Origin: Chlamydiota bacterium
GTDB taxonomy: Bacteria; Chlamydiota; Chlamydiia; Chlamydiales; RGXB01
DNA length: 64,000 nt
Direction: 5' to 3'
Assembly (NCBI GenBank): GCA_947494155.1
Contig: CANLTW010000008.1
Span: 1-64,000, forward strand
Shown: positions 30,163 through 39,355 of the stretch, one piece after another
How positions within the stretch are numbered: the first letter of the stretch is position 1
Layout: each line of letters starts with the position of its first letter
The notes under the pieces: model-generated
The model's database searches: none
What the model saw: only the letters and a program-made list of their open reading frames with translations
Told to the model about the DNA's origin: nothing
Made by a program: the position numbers and the translations under genes

Positions 30163-33100
30163 ATGTCCTCTATATCCCCTAGCCCTAGCAGCGCTGATCC
30201 TAAAGGTTCCCCACTCCTGAAAGGATTACATCCCTATCTTAGAGGATCCGCGATCGCCCCCAAAAGCGGGGTCAATCCAGCTAGTATGCTAGCTAAAAAT
30301 TTTCCTCAATTCACTGCACTTCAGCCTTCTAAAAACAAACAGAGATGGACTTTAGACGAAAAAAGCGCCTCTTGCTCCTCTCCACTTATCTATCTAAGAT
30401 CGATCCCCTCTAACAAACTTCCGTTAATTCTCCCGAATCCTAAGACAAATTCACAACCTGCACCCGCTAAGAAAAACTCTATTTCTCTGTGGGGCAGAGT
30501 TGTTGGGCCTAGCGCGCAAGAGAGAGAGCAGTATTTAAAAGAGTTTAATTCGAAAGCTCCAGAGGGTTTGTTAAAGAGATTTCTAGGAAAATCTTTAAGT
30601 TACACCACGGACTTAATGCGTAAACCTTTTGGACTTGCGTTTCGATACTGTAAAAATACGGTTGATCGCGCTGCATTCTTTTACCAGGGACAGGGGTTTT
30701 TACAGGATAAAAACCAAAAAGAGGCTCTTTTAGAATGGTATAAAACCTTCCGCAGCACCTATGCCAGACCAGACCAATTAAGAAACCTCCCCGATATAAG
30801 CGACTCAACAGGGCTAACCGATACCCTTTTCAAAGAGCTACAAACTGCTGTCATGGTCGAGCTAAACATCGATCCCGATACTTTTGATAGAAAACCGGCT
30901 GGAAACAGCCTTTTGACAAGCATCAGTAAAGTATTGCCTCAAGCGTCTCTTTTGCGAGGTATTCTCCCCGAAGCCAATCTCTCTTCACAACCCATGGAAC
31001 AGGCTCTCCCGCTGGATATTTTAGATAAAATTGAAGCTCTTGTTAAAAATCCTTATATGCGTGAGGCCTCCCTGCTGATAGCTCTTCCTGCCCTCCACTC
31101 TCTTTTGGAAAAACTGCAAAATTTGAGCGTAGCCGCTCCGCAACTCAAACCCCATCTTGAAAAGGTTCACCAAAATTTTGATAAGATAAAGAGGGCTCTT
31201 GAAAGCTCCCCCGATCAAGTAGCAGAGGCATTTGCTGCGCTTAGAACCACACTCAGAAATTTCCCTGCTGTCTCGATTGAAGGGGTTAGAATTTTTTCAG
31301 GACTTCCACAGCAACCTAGCGAAATCGCCCCCCCTCCAGTTTGTGGTATCTCTGACGATGACCTAATCAGCCATTCTTTCCGTCCAAAGACTGTAGCTAT
31401 TGCAAAAGAGATTACAGACGGCTCCGTTCTTAAATTCATTAGGGCGTTTTCCGGTTTTTCTACCGTCTCGCTAGTGAACCTGTTTTTAGACAAAACAGAG
31501 TCCAAATATGACTATGCCTCTATTTTGGAGAGTGCAGAAACTGCACTAGCTGGTAGTCGCGAGGTTAAATCTAAAGACATCATCCATCATCTGCAAAAAA
31601 AGATTAAAGAAGACCCTACAGTTGGCTGGTTTAAGCGCTTTGTTTTCGGCTCTAAATGGATTTTACAATTTTTCTTCTGGTTTTCCGAAAAACTCGTCAG
31701 CACCTCGGCGCACAAAACAGTGGCCGAACTACGTACAGATTTAGAGCAGCTGAAAGAGCACCGCGAAGCAAAAAACATGCTTTTATTTGAGTTGGTCAAT
31801 AAATCTTTGTCCAACATGGTTGGAATGTACCAGTACGTCGGAGAAGCCAAGCCGGGAGTGAATCGCTTATCAGGCTCTTTGGAAAAGGTTATGGAACAGG
31901 TTTCGGACAATCCTATCTTTTACAGAGGATTATCCGAGAAAGAAATGAAGTCCAAAGTAGCTAATAAAATTGTCTCCAACTACTTGCCTAAAGTCGAACT
32001 TGAAGGGGGCTTTTTAAAGATGATCAAGGGGTTTCCCGGAGAATCTCTTCTCAAGCGACTCTCCCCTGTTGTAAGACTGCTCGACTACTTTCCAAACAAA
32101 CTTATCACCTGGTTCTCCGGAAAACTCTTAAAACAGACCGATGCTGTGGGTCTTATTATCGAGAGTGTTACCACTAAAAGGGAGCGTTCCACTCAGTTAG
32201 AACTTACCATTTACCGCTCTTTACATGAGGAGCTTGCTCGCGCTTATCACGGCATGAAAAATCCGGTTCAAGACGAACAGTCCCCTACTCTCTTGCGCAA
32301 CCATGAGATGAAGGAGATTCAATCCCTGTGCAACCATCTTTTAAAAGTCAGCCGCCTCAAACGATTTACCACCGCCGATCAAGTGCGTGACTATTTTGAA
32401 AACCCGCCGTTGGGAGAGAAAGCGGAATCCTTTCTTATCGACAAGAACAAAGAGATTCTTAACGAACTCTTTATAGGGATCTACAAATCCATCACTAACG
32501 ACATCTCGATAGAAACTCAGCTCAACTCTATTTTCGATTCAGCTATAGCATCTGTAGAAATGAACGAGACTCTGTCACAGGAATCTCTGCAAAAACAGAT
32601 CGCCTCAGAGAGAAGCTCTATCGATCGCCTTATGCATAGCATTCTGCAAATTTCGATAGATCGGGGATTGGACGCAGCTTTATCCCCAAAACCTCTGCAA
32701 ACAGAATCGATGAGAAATATTCAAACAATTCTGTCACTATCTTCTGTACAAGAGCAGCTTCGCAGATTAGAGGATTCACAAAATCCTCAAGCACGAAAAA
32801 GTACTGCTATGCAGATAGATACGCTGATTAGGTCTATGACAAGGCATATTTCGCTTCTTTTAGAACAAGAATCTAAAGTAGACAGACTTGCCCCGAGAGA
32901 TAAAGTACTTTTAATCACTAGATTGAAAGATATACAAGAACTGCTACAAAGCGCCTTTACGCTCTCTTCCGAGATGAAAGATCACTTCATCGCTAAAACT
33001 TTAACGTTCAATCCCGTGGACATTCTTTATGATATCGCTCAAATTCAAACCGATTTGAGCCCGATTCCTTCACAAAGCACCCCTACTCCTGCTACCCTGC

Positions 33101-33603
33101 ATAGAGTAGAGGTCAGGCTAAAACGTTTGAAGGATGTAACGGTGAAACACAGCTCCCTTTTAAGCCAGTTCTCGAAGGGTCCCAATCTGTTGGAAGATTT
33201 ACACAACATCTATGAGCAAATAGACAACCATATCAGACATCTTAAAGTTCCGACCGAACAACAAATTCCAAACTTAGAAGCGCTAGGGCCAATAATTGAA
33301 AAGGTAAAAATCTGGTGTGAAAACTATGCTGTATTCAGAAGCGATGAGACCAGAGATGAGCACCTGCTAAGCCTTCAGGAGTTATTCAAGGAAAATAGCC
33401 CCATCTGCATGCTTGCGAATGAGCCCTTGGAAAAACAAGAGGTGGAGGTTTCGTTCTTAAAAGACTCTGCTCTTGTAGATACTGCTAAACAGCGCCTAAC
33501 AACCGTTTTAAAGGGATACCTTGATGAAGTGATCAACCACCTGACCGATCCAATGGTCCATAAGGTCGCTGTCAAAACAGTGCTTGGAGATTTCGCCAAG
33601 TAG
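30163..33603 (+). CDS. Large helical hypothetical protein (1146 aa), candidate type III effector
   Basis: Ser/Pro-rich N-terminus (MSSISPSPSSADP), no recognised domain. Confidence 0.8.
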   Translation: MSSISPSPSSADPKGSPLLKGLHPYLRGSAIAPKSGVNPASMLAKNFPQFTALQPSKNKQRWTLDEKSASCSSPLIYLRSIPSNKLPLILPNPKTNSQPAPAKKNSISLWGRVVGPSAQEREQYLKEFNSKAPEGLLKRFLGKSLSYTTDLMRKPFGLAFRYCKNTVDRAAFFYQGQGFLQDKNQKEALLEWYKTFRSTYARPDQLRNLPDISDSTGLTDTLFKELQTAVMVELNIDPDTFDRKPAGNSLLTSISKVLPQASLLRGILPEANLSSQPMEQALPLDILDKIEALVKNPYMREASLLIALPALHSLLEKLQNLSVAAPQLKPHLEKVHQNFDKIKRALESSPDQVAEAFAALRTTLRNFPAVSIEGVRIFSGLPQQPSEIAPPPVCGISDDDLISHSFRPKTVAIAKEITDGSVLKFIRAFSGFSTVSLVNLFLDKTESKYDYASILESAETALAGSREVKSKDIIHHLQKKIKEDPTVGWFKRFVFGSKWILQFFFWFSEKLVSTSAHKTVAELRTDLEQLKEHREAKNMLLFELVNKSLSNMVGMYQYVGEAKPGVNRLSGSLEKVMEQVSDNPIFYRGLSEKEMKSKVANKIVSNYLPKVELEGGFLKMIKGFPGESLLKRLSPVVRLLDYFPNKLITWFSGKLLKQTDAVGLIIESVTTKRERSTQLELTIYRSLHEELARAYHGMKNPVQDEQSPTLLRNHEMKEIQSLCNHLLKVSRLKRFTTADQVRDYFENPPLGEKAESFLIDKNKEILNELFIGIYKSITNDISIETQLNSIFDSAIASVEMNETLSQESLQKQIASERSSIDRLMHSILQISIDRGLDAALSPKPLQTESMRNIQTILSLSSVQEQLRRLEDSQNPQARKSTAMQIDTLIRSMTRHISLLLEQESKVDRLAPRDKVLLITRLKDIQELLQSAFTLSSEMKDHFIAKTLTFNPVDILYDIAQIQTDLSPIPSQSTPTPATLHRVEVRLKRLKDVTVKHSSLLSQFSKGPNLLEDLHNIYEQIDNHIRHLKVPTEQQIPNLEALGPIIEKVKIWCENYAVFRSDETRDEHLLSLQELFKENSPICMLANEPLEKQEVEVSFLKDSALVDTAKQRLTTVLKGYLDEVINHLTDPMVHKVAVKTVLGDFAK

Positions 33604-33619
33604 GCAAAACTACCCCCTG

Positions 33620-33660
33620 TCTCAAGGGTGCCCTCACTAGGGGGTGCTCTTGAGATTTTT
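33620..33660 (+). terminator. Intrinsic terminator
   Basis: TCTCAAGGGTGCCC / GGGTGCTCTTGAGA stem (with G-U pairs) followed by TTTTT. Confidence 0.6.
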
Positions 33661-34305
33661 CTCTGAGTTTTTATCTTTTTTTGATTCAAAGTAGATTTGA
33701 GACAACACTTTAGTGATCTGGCTCTCCTGTTTCACCGAGCGTCTAAAAAGGCGTTTATGATCCATAAAGCCCTGCTTCTCCACATATTCGATAAACTGAA
33801 AGAACCGGCTGTAGTATTGATTCACATCAAAGACAATCAAAGGCCTCAGAGTCCTATCTTTGGAGGCATTCTGATCCACAACAAACCCCATCTCCCCGAT
33901 AGTCTCCATACCTCCGGGCAAAACAAGAAAAAGATCACTATCGTTATAGACCTGTTGCATCCTTTGAGAATCGTTGGGAAAGACTTGGTTTGGTATCGTG
34001 GCGGGTGTTTTAAATTTTTCGTTAGGGACAGTGTAGGCTTTGACCTCTCCCCCTCTTGCGGTAAATTCCTGTACAAAAAAGTATCTCAACCCGACGTTGC
34101 CGCCGTTGTAGATCAGTCTTACTTTTTTGGGATCTATCTCTTTTGCAAGCTTTTTCACCTCAAGGGTGATGTTTTTGTCGGTGCCATTCCGATCGCTCCC
34201 TAAAAGGGCCACGGTGATTTTTTCCTCTTTGCCTGGCGCTACGCTCTCTTCTGGAGGAACCGATACCGCAGTAGATGCCAAAATAATGCAAAACTTCAAA
34301 AACAT
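33637..34305 (-). CDS. LOG-family (cytokinin riboside 5'-monophosphate phosphoribohydrolase-like) protein with N-terminal extension
   Basis: LIYNGGNVGL, R..SDLFLVLPGGMETIGE (variant of PGGxGTxxE); start placed at ATG 34305. Confidence 0.8.
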   Translation of the reverse strand: MFLKFCIILASTAVSVPPEESVAPGKEEKITVALLGSDRNGTDKNITLEVKKLAKEIDPKKVRLIYNGGNVGLRYFFVQEFTARGGEVKAYTVPNEKFKTPATIPNQVFPNDSQRMQQVYNDSDLFLVLPGGMETIGEMGFVVDQNASKDRTLRPLIVFDVNQYYSRFFQFIEYVEKQGFMDHKRLFRRSVKQESQITKVLSQIYFESKKDKNSEKNLKSTP

Positions 34306-34402
34306 AATTTGATGCCGTCGATTTTCAAATGTAAAGTAGAGTATATTTAAACGGGGATTTGATTCCCTCAAAAAAAAAGAGCCGATCGACTATAGTAGTC
34401 TC

Positions 34403-36091
34403 ATGCAAATTCTATTAAGCGTACAAAATCTCGCCAAATCCTATGGATCCAAAAGTCTTTTTGACAATCTAAGCTTCAGCGTCTACGACCATCAAAAAAT
34501 CGGTATTGTAGGGCCCAACGGATCGGGCAAAAGCACGCTATTGAGAATTTTACAAGGTCTTGACACCCCGGATGAGGGGAAAGTCGTCTATCGCAAAGGG
34601 GTTAAGTCAGCTTATGCCGCCCAACAGGCCGATATTCTTGAACTCGAATTGAGTGCTTACAGGAAAAATTTATTTCAGTTTCCCCTTGATGTGGACCCCT
34701 CCAAACTCTCAGGTGGGCAAAAAAGGAGGTACCTTATCGCCCATGCCCTTGATCAAGAGCCCTCGTTACTGCTTCTCGACGAGCCCACAAACCATCTGGA
34801 TCTTGAGGGGATCCTTTGGCTGGAGGAGATGCTCAATTCGATCTCTATCCCTATGTTGATCGTCAGTCACGATCGGGTTTTTCTAGACCGCGTCACCAAT
34901 GCTACTTTAGAGATCAATCACCGCTACCCAAAAGGGCATTTTTTTGTGGATGGCCCCTACTCTACCTACCTCAAAGAGAAGGAGGTCTACGAGGCAAGCC
35001 AATCCAAAAGGGCTCATTCTCTTGAGCAAGAGCTCAAAAAGCAAATGGAGTGGCTCGGGCGGACAGCACCCGCAAGAACAGCTAAATCTCTTACTAGGAT
35101 TAAAGACGTAGGATCGTTGAAAGAAGAGGTGCAAGATTTCAAAGATAGAAATCGGGACATGGGCTCTTTAGCCTCATTTAGCCAATCCGAATCCACCTCC
35201 AAAAAGCTGATGGTTTTGAAGCATGTCTATAAGGGGTTTAAAGAGCGCCCCTTGTTCGAGGATTTCAATATCGAAATTTTTAGGAGGGATAGGCTTGGTG
35301 TATTGGGGATGAACGGCTCTGGCAAAAGCACACTTTTAAAAATCCTCCTTAAAGAGATTGCTCCGGATAAAGGGACGGTTAAATGGAAAGACGACCTGAG
35401 AGTGGTCTATTTCGACCAAATGAAGGAGGGGCTTCCCAAAAAAGGGATGACCCTTCAAGAGGCTCTGACAGGGCATCTTGCCGACACGGTCTTCTACCAG
35501 GGGAAATCGATGCACATTATCTCCTGGGCGAAAAAATTCCGCTTTCCTGCAGACCGTCTTCAAATGGATATCGAGGTTCTTTCAGGGGGCGAAAGGGCTC
35601 GTGCCCTTCTGGCAAGGCTTATGTTGAAACCGGCAGACGTGTTGCTTTTGGATGAACCCACAAACGATCTCGATATGGAGATGATCGATCTATTGACCCG
35701 ATCTTTAGAGGATTTTGAAGGGGCAGTTGTGGTGATATCCCACGACCGCTACTTTCTCAACTCTTTGTCAAGCCAGTATATCGGGCTTGGGGTGAATAAA
35801 GATACCGGTTACCTTTTTTCCGATTTTGGGCAGTGGCAGCAAAAAATGGCAGAGGCAAAAAGAGAGTTGAAGGCCCAAGAAGGGCAAAATTTAAATGCAC
35901 CAAGAGAAAAAAAGCGCTCTACACGGGAAATTGAGCAAAAAATAGAAAAGCTTGAGGAGGAGATCCACCTAACAGAGGAAAACCTTGCCAAAGCTCTCCC
36001 TCAAGAGCTGGAAAAACTCTGTAAACAGCACCTCAGTCTCAAAAAAGAGCTTGATGAGCTCTATATCAAGTGGGAGCAGCATCTCCTTTAA
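34403..36091 (+). CDS. ABC-F family ATPase (Uup-like)
   Basis: Two NBDs (GPNGSGKST, LSGGQ, LLDEPTN; GMNGSGKST, LSGGE, LLDEPTND), no TM segments, C-terminal coiled coil. Confidence 0.92.
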   Translation: MQILLSVQNLAKSYGSKSLFDNLSFSVYDHQKIGIVGPNGSGKSTLLRILQGLDTPDEGKVVYRKGVKSAYAAQQADILELELSAYRKNLFQFPLDVDPSKLSGGQKRRYLIAHALDQEPSLLLLDEPTNHLDLEGILWLEEMLNSISIPMLIVSHDRVFLDRVTNATLEINHRYPKGHFFVDGPYSTYLKEKEVYEASQSKRAHSLEQELKKQMEWLGRTAPARTAKSLTRIKDVGSLKEEVQDFKDRNRDMGSLASFSQSESTSKKLMVLKHVYKGFKERPLFEDFNIEIFRRDRLGVLGMNGSGKSTLLKILLKEIAPDKGTVKWKDDLRVVYFDQMKEGLPKKGMTLQEALTGHLADTVFYQGKSMHIISWAKKFRFPADRLQMDIEVLSGGERARALLARLMLKPADVLLLDEPTNDLDMEMIDLLTRSLEDFEGAVVVISHDRYFLNSLSSQYIGLGVNKDTGYLFSDFGQWQQKMAEAKRELKAQEGQNLNAPREKKRSTREIEQKIEKLEEEIHLTEENLAKALPQELEKLCKQHLSLKKELDELYIKWEQHLL

Positions 36092-36212
36092 TGCGGCCCC
36101 TATAATGAGCCTATATTCTATTTCTTTAAGGGAGAGAAAGATTTTTCAAAAATCGCATAAGGGGTATTTAAACTTGCCAAGCTGAAGGGCTTTAGGGTAA
36201 AATATCTCCCTT

Positions 36213-37295
36213 ATGGAGCGTTTGTTTTACCTAGATTTATCATTTGAGGCTTGGAGCCAATGGGTTAGTGAGCAAAATTACCCCTCCTACATTGCCAAGC
36301 AAATATTTGAATGGGTTCTCAAGGGTGTAAATGATCCCCAAAAATTCTCAAACATCCCCAAAGCTTTAAAAGAAAAACTTGCCGAATCCTTTCGGTTTGA
36401 GCTCCCAAAAATCGATACCCGCTTGAAAAGTCGGGACGAAAGCACCAAATATGTTTTGAAACTTTGGGATGACAAGCTGATTGAAATGGTCCTTATGCCC
36501 TCTCTTGATCGGGTGACGTTGTGTATCAGCTCGCAAGTGGGCTGTAAAATGAATTGCTCGTTTTGTCAGACAGGGAAAATGGGGCTGATGAGAAATTTAA
36601 GCTCCGGAGAGATCCTCTCGCAGATCCTGATTGCAAATAATGAATTGGAAAACAGAAAGGTCACAAACGTGGTCTTTATGGGAATGGGCGAGCCGCTTGA
36701 TAACTTCGATGAGCTGATTTTAGCGCTACAAATCATGACTTCCAAAGATGGACTTGGACTATCCAAACATAAAGTCACCGTCTCCACGTCTGGTCTTGTC
36801 CCTGAAATAGAGGCTTTAGGAAAAAAAGTAGCGGTAAGCCTAGCCATCTCTTTTCACACCCCCTTTGATGAAGAGCGCTCCTTAATGATGCCAGTTAATC
36901 GTAAGTATCCTTTGGATGTACTTAAAAAAGCTCTTTTAGAATACCCTATCCAGACCCGTCATGGAATCACTCTGGAATATGTGATGATCAAAAATAAAAA
37001 TGATTCACTGAAACATGCTAAAGCTCTTGTTAAATTTGCTCATGGGCTAAAGGTAAAAGTGAACCTGATCCCCTTGAACCCCCACCCGGGAACAGCGATG
37101 GAACCGGCGCTTGAAGAGAGTCTTAAATCATTCCAAAAATATCTTGAGGATCGCTCGATTTCAGCCCCTGTGCGCTATAGCCGGGGACAAGATGTATCGG
37201 CAGCTTGTGGTCAGCTTGCCGTCAAAAGAAAAGAGGAGCTTGATGAAGATCCGCGCCTGTTGTGGAGACAAAGAAGAGCTTTGGAACGGATATAG
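36213..37295 (+). CDS. rlmN: 23S rRNA/tRNA m2A radical SAM methyltransferase
   Basis: CISSQVGCKMNCSFC, FMGMGEP, AACGQL. Confidence 0.96.
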   Translation: MERLFYLDLSFEAWSQWVSEQNYPSYIAKQIFEWVLKGVNDPQKFSNIPKALKEKLAESFRFELPKIDTRLKSRDESTKYVLKLWDDKLIEMVLMPSLDRVTLCISSQVGCKMNCSFCQTGKMGLMRNLSSGEILSQILIANNELENRKVTNVVFMGMGEPLDNFDELILALQIMTSKDGLGLSKHKVTVSTSGLVPEIEALGKKVAVSLAISFHTPFDEERSLMMPVNRKYPLDVLKKALLEYPIQTRHGITLEYVMIKNKNDSLKHAKALVKFAHGLKVKVNLIPLNPHPGTAMEPALEESLKSFQKYLEDRSISAPVRYSRGQDVSAACGQLAVKRKEELDEDPRLLWRQRRALERI

Positions 37296-37358
37296 CCCCC
37301 CTTTTTTTTCTTTTTATTATCATTTATCTAGTGCAAAAAAATCGTTTTTTTTGGTAGC

Positions 37359-38165
37359 TTGGCTAAGGTAATGCCTTGTAAGTCTACAACAAAACTTGGA
37401 AATCTCCCCGACCATCTGCAGTCTTTTCGTCTTTGTCAAACCCCTTTCATGAACCGAAGATGGAAAGTTCTCGCTAAAGAGGTGGACGAGCTTAAAAGCA
37501 TCCTTAAACGGTTTCGCTCTATTATTGGATTTGACCCATTCGAACACCAAATCGTAAAAATCCACCACGTCTTTCAGCGCTTCTCCCCTTTATTAGAGAC
37601 AAAGAAGAGTGAAAAAAAATTTCTTGCCCAATTAAAAGACCAAGGTCTATCCCATCGACTAGACTCCATAATCAAAAGTACCGAAGCAAAACCTAAAGCT
37701 ATTGTCGCAAAACACTCGATAAAATACAAAATGCTGAAACTTGAGGACGAAAACCTTTTGAAAGTTTTTGCGCATCTTGTAGAGCAAAATATCCTTAAAG
37801 CGCTTTTTGGGGCGACTCCCCAAGAAATTCGCCAGTACATGAATGAACATGCAAAAGAGCTCTTGGAAATCAAGAAACTCTCCTTATCCAAACTTAAGCT
37901 TACCCATATTCCCAAAGAGATCCTCTTGTTTAAAAACCTGAAAATTCTCAATATTTCCCAAAATCTTCTGGAATTTTTGCCTGATTGGGTGGGAGAACTA
38001 GAAGAACTCGAGACGATCAATATCTCTAAGAATCGGCTCTACAATCTCCCCCCCAGCTTTTATAAACTCAAAAAACTCAAAACAATTCTGATCCACAGCA
38101 ACAAGCTGACGCATGTACCTCTCCGCTTGAGTCACCTCCCCTCTTTGAAGAGACTCGTAAGCTAA
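37359..38165 (+). CDS. Leucine-rich-repeat protein, possible degenerate N-terminal F-box
   Basis: Four ~23-aa LRRs (LxxLxLxxNxLxxLP); N-terminal LGNLPDHL...RRWKVLA. Confidence 0.85.
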   Translation: MAKVMPCKSTTKLGNLPDHLQSFRLCQTPFMNRRWKVLAKEVDELKSILKRFRSIIGFDPFEHQIVKIHHVFQRFSPLLETKKSEKKFLAQLKDQGLSHRLDSIIKSTEAKPKAIVAKHSIKYKMLKLEDENLLKVFAHLVEQNILKALFGATPQEIRQYMNEHAKELLEIKKLSLSKLKLTHIPKEILLFKNLKILNISQNLLEFLPDWVGELEELETINISKNRLYNLPPSFYKLKKLKTILIHSNKLTHVPLRLSHLPSLKRLVS

Positions 38166-38401
38166 ATACATCTTCAATTCACAAAAATTGGGGTTTAGCT
38201 GTGGATATCTACAGTGTATCACAGCCTGACAGACTTAACTGGCTGATCAAAAATGTCAAAAAGTTTGGTTTTAGCTGGGAGCTTATTCCTCAAGAGCCCT
38301 GGCATATTCGTTATTGGGCTGGTGATAATAAACCTGAGGCAGTACAAGATTGGATAAACAGAAATCCGACACTTGCCTTTGAAGTTGATGAGAATGTTTA
38401 A
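38165..38401 (+). pseudogene. 3' remnant of an M15B (VanY-like) D,D-peptidase
   Basis: In-frame TSSIHKNWGLAVD upstream of the called GTG, then WLIKNVKKFGF and EPWHIRY; N-terminal part absent. Confidence 0.7.
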
Positions 38402-38521
38402 TCTCATAATTTAAATCTTCAAAACCATTGAATGCATATGCAATGGTAATAGGAGTATATAAGAGGGGTTTTTTAGAAAAAATATCTGTTTCTAGATATA
38501 AGGTCTAAAAAGTTCTGGTAT

Positions 38522-39247
38522 TCAGCCCTCTTTTTTTGCTTTAAAGAAATCAGTCCCCAAAAACTTTCTCTTAAAAAAACTTTTCAGCCAATCCAGAAAA
38601 AAATCTCCTCTGTGTTCGTAGTGTTTTAAAAGCATCTGATTGAGTAGAAAAAAACCGTACGACATTCCCATGGTGGCAAGGTTGTGGGAGATAAAGTGGT
38701 AGCCTCTGGCAATTTGGTAAAATCCCATAAAATGCCCAAGAAGGGTAATAGCAATAAAAGCTCTCCCCCTTTTCGCAATACCGAGTAGTCCCAAAGCACT
38801 GTAAAGTCCAAAACCTGCGCTTACGTGGCCTCCCGGAAAACAGCGTCCTGTCCCTCTAAACATCGATTCCAAAAGTGAAAGGTCAGGTTGATGACCCCCA
38901 TAGTGCAAAAGGTCCTTGGGGCATTCCACACCGGTAAATATTTTCACTATCGCCACCGATATAGGAGATAAAAGGAGAAAAATCGCTGTAAAAATCTCTT
39001 TAGTACCCCTATTGGAAAAAATAGCCTTACATAAAAGAAAAACAATCAAACTTGCGTAGAAACCTTTCGGCAGGTGGTAACATAGAAGGCGAATCGGCCA
39101 CTCTGCTCCAGAAATAGACCATTTTTGAGAAAATGGTTCAAAAAACTGCAACTGTAGAGGAGCATCCATCCATATAAAAGAGAGGCCACATCCTATAAAA
39201 GAGGCAACACAAAAACCGATTCCCGGCAAATTCAAAGGCTTTTTCAT
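38522..39247 (-). CDS. PAP2-family membrane phosphatase
   Basis: K..TGVECPKDL..YGG, GRCFPGGH, RGYHFISH. Confidence 0.85.
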   Translation of the reverse strand: MKKPLNLPGIGFCVASFIGCGLSFIWMDAPLQLQFFEPFSQKWSISGAEWPIRLLCYHLPKGFYASLIVFLLCKAIFSNRGTKEIFTAIFLLLSPISVAIVKIFTGVECPKDLLHYGGHQPDLSLLESMFRGTGRCFPGGHVSAGFGLYSALGLLGIAKRGRAFIAITLLGHFMGFYQIARGYHFISHNLATMGMSYGFFLLNQMLLKHYEHRGDFFLDWLKSFFKRKFLGTDFFKAKKEG

Positions 39248-39355
39248 TTCTTAAACAGTACGGTATTTACAATTTTTTCCTCAACACCTACCCTATCTAT
39301 CAAACCCTTTCTAAAAAGCGGTATTGACCTGTACTTTTGCATTTAACGGAGAATT

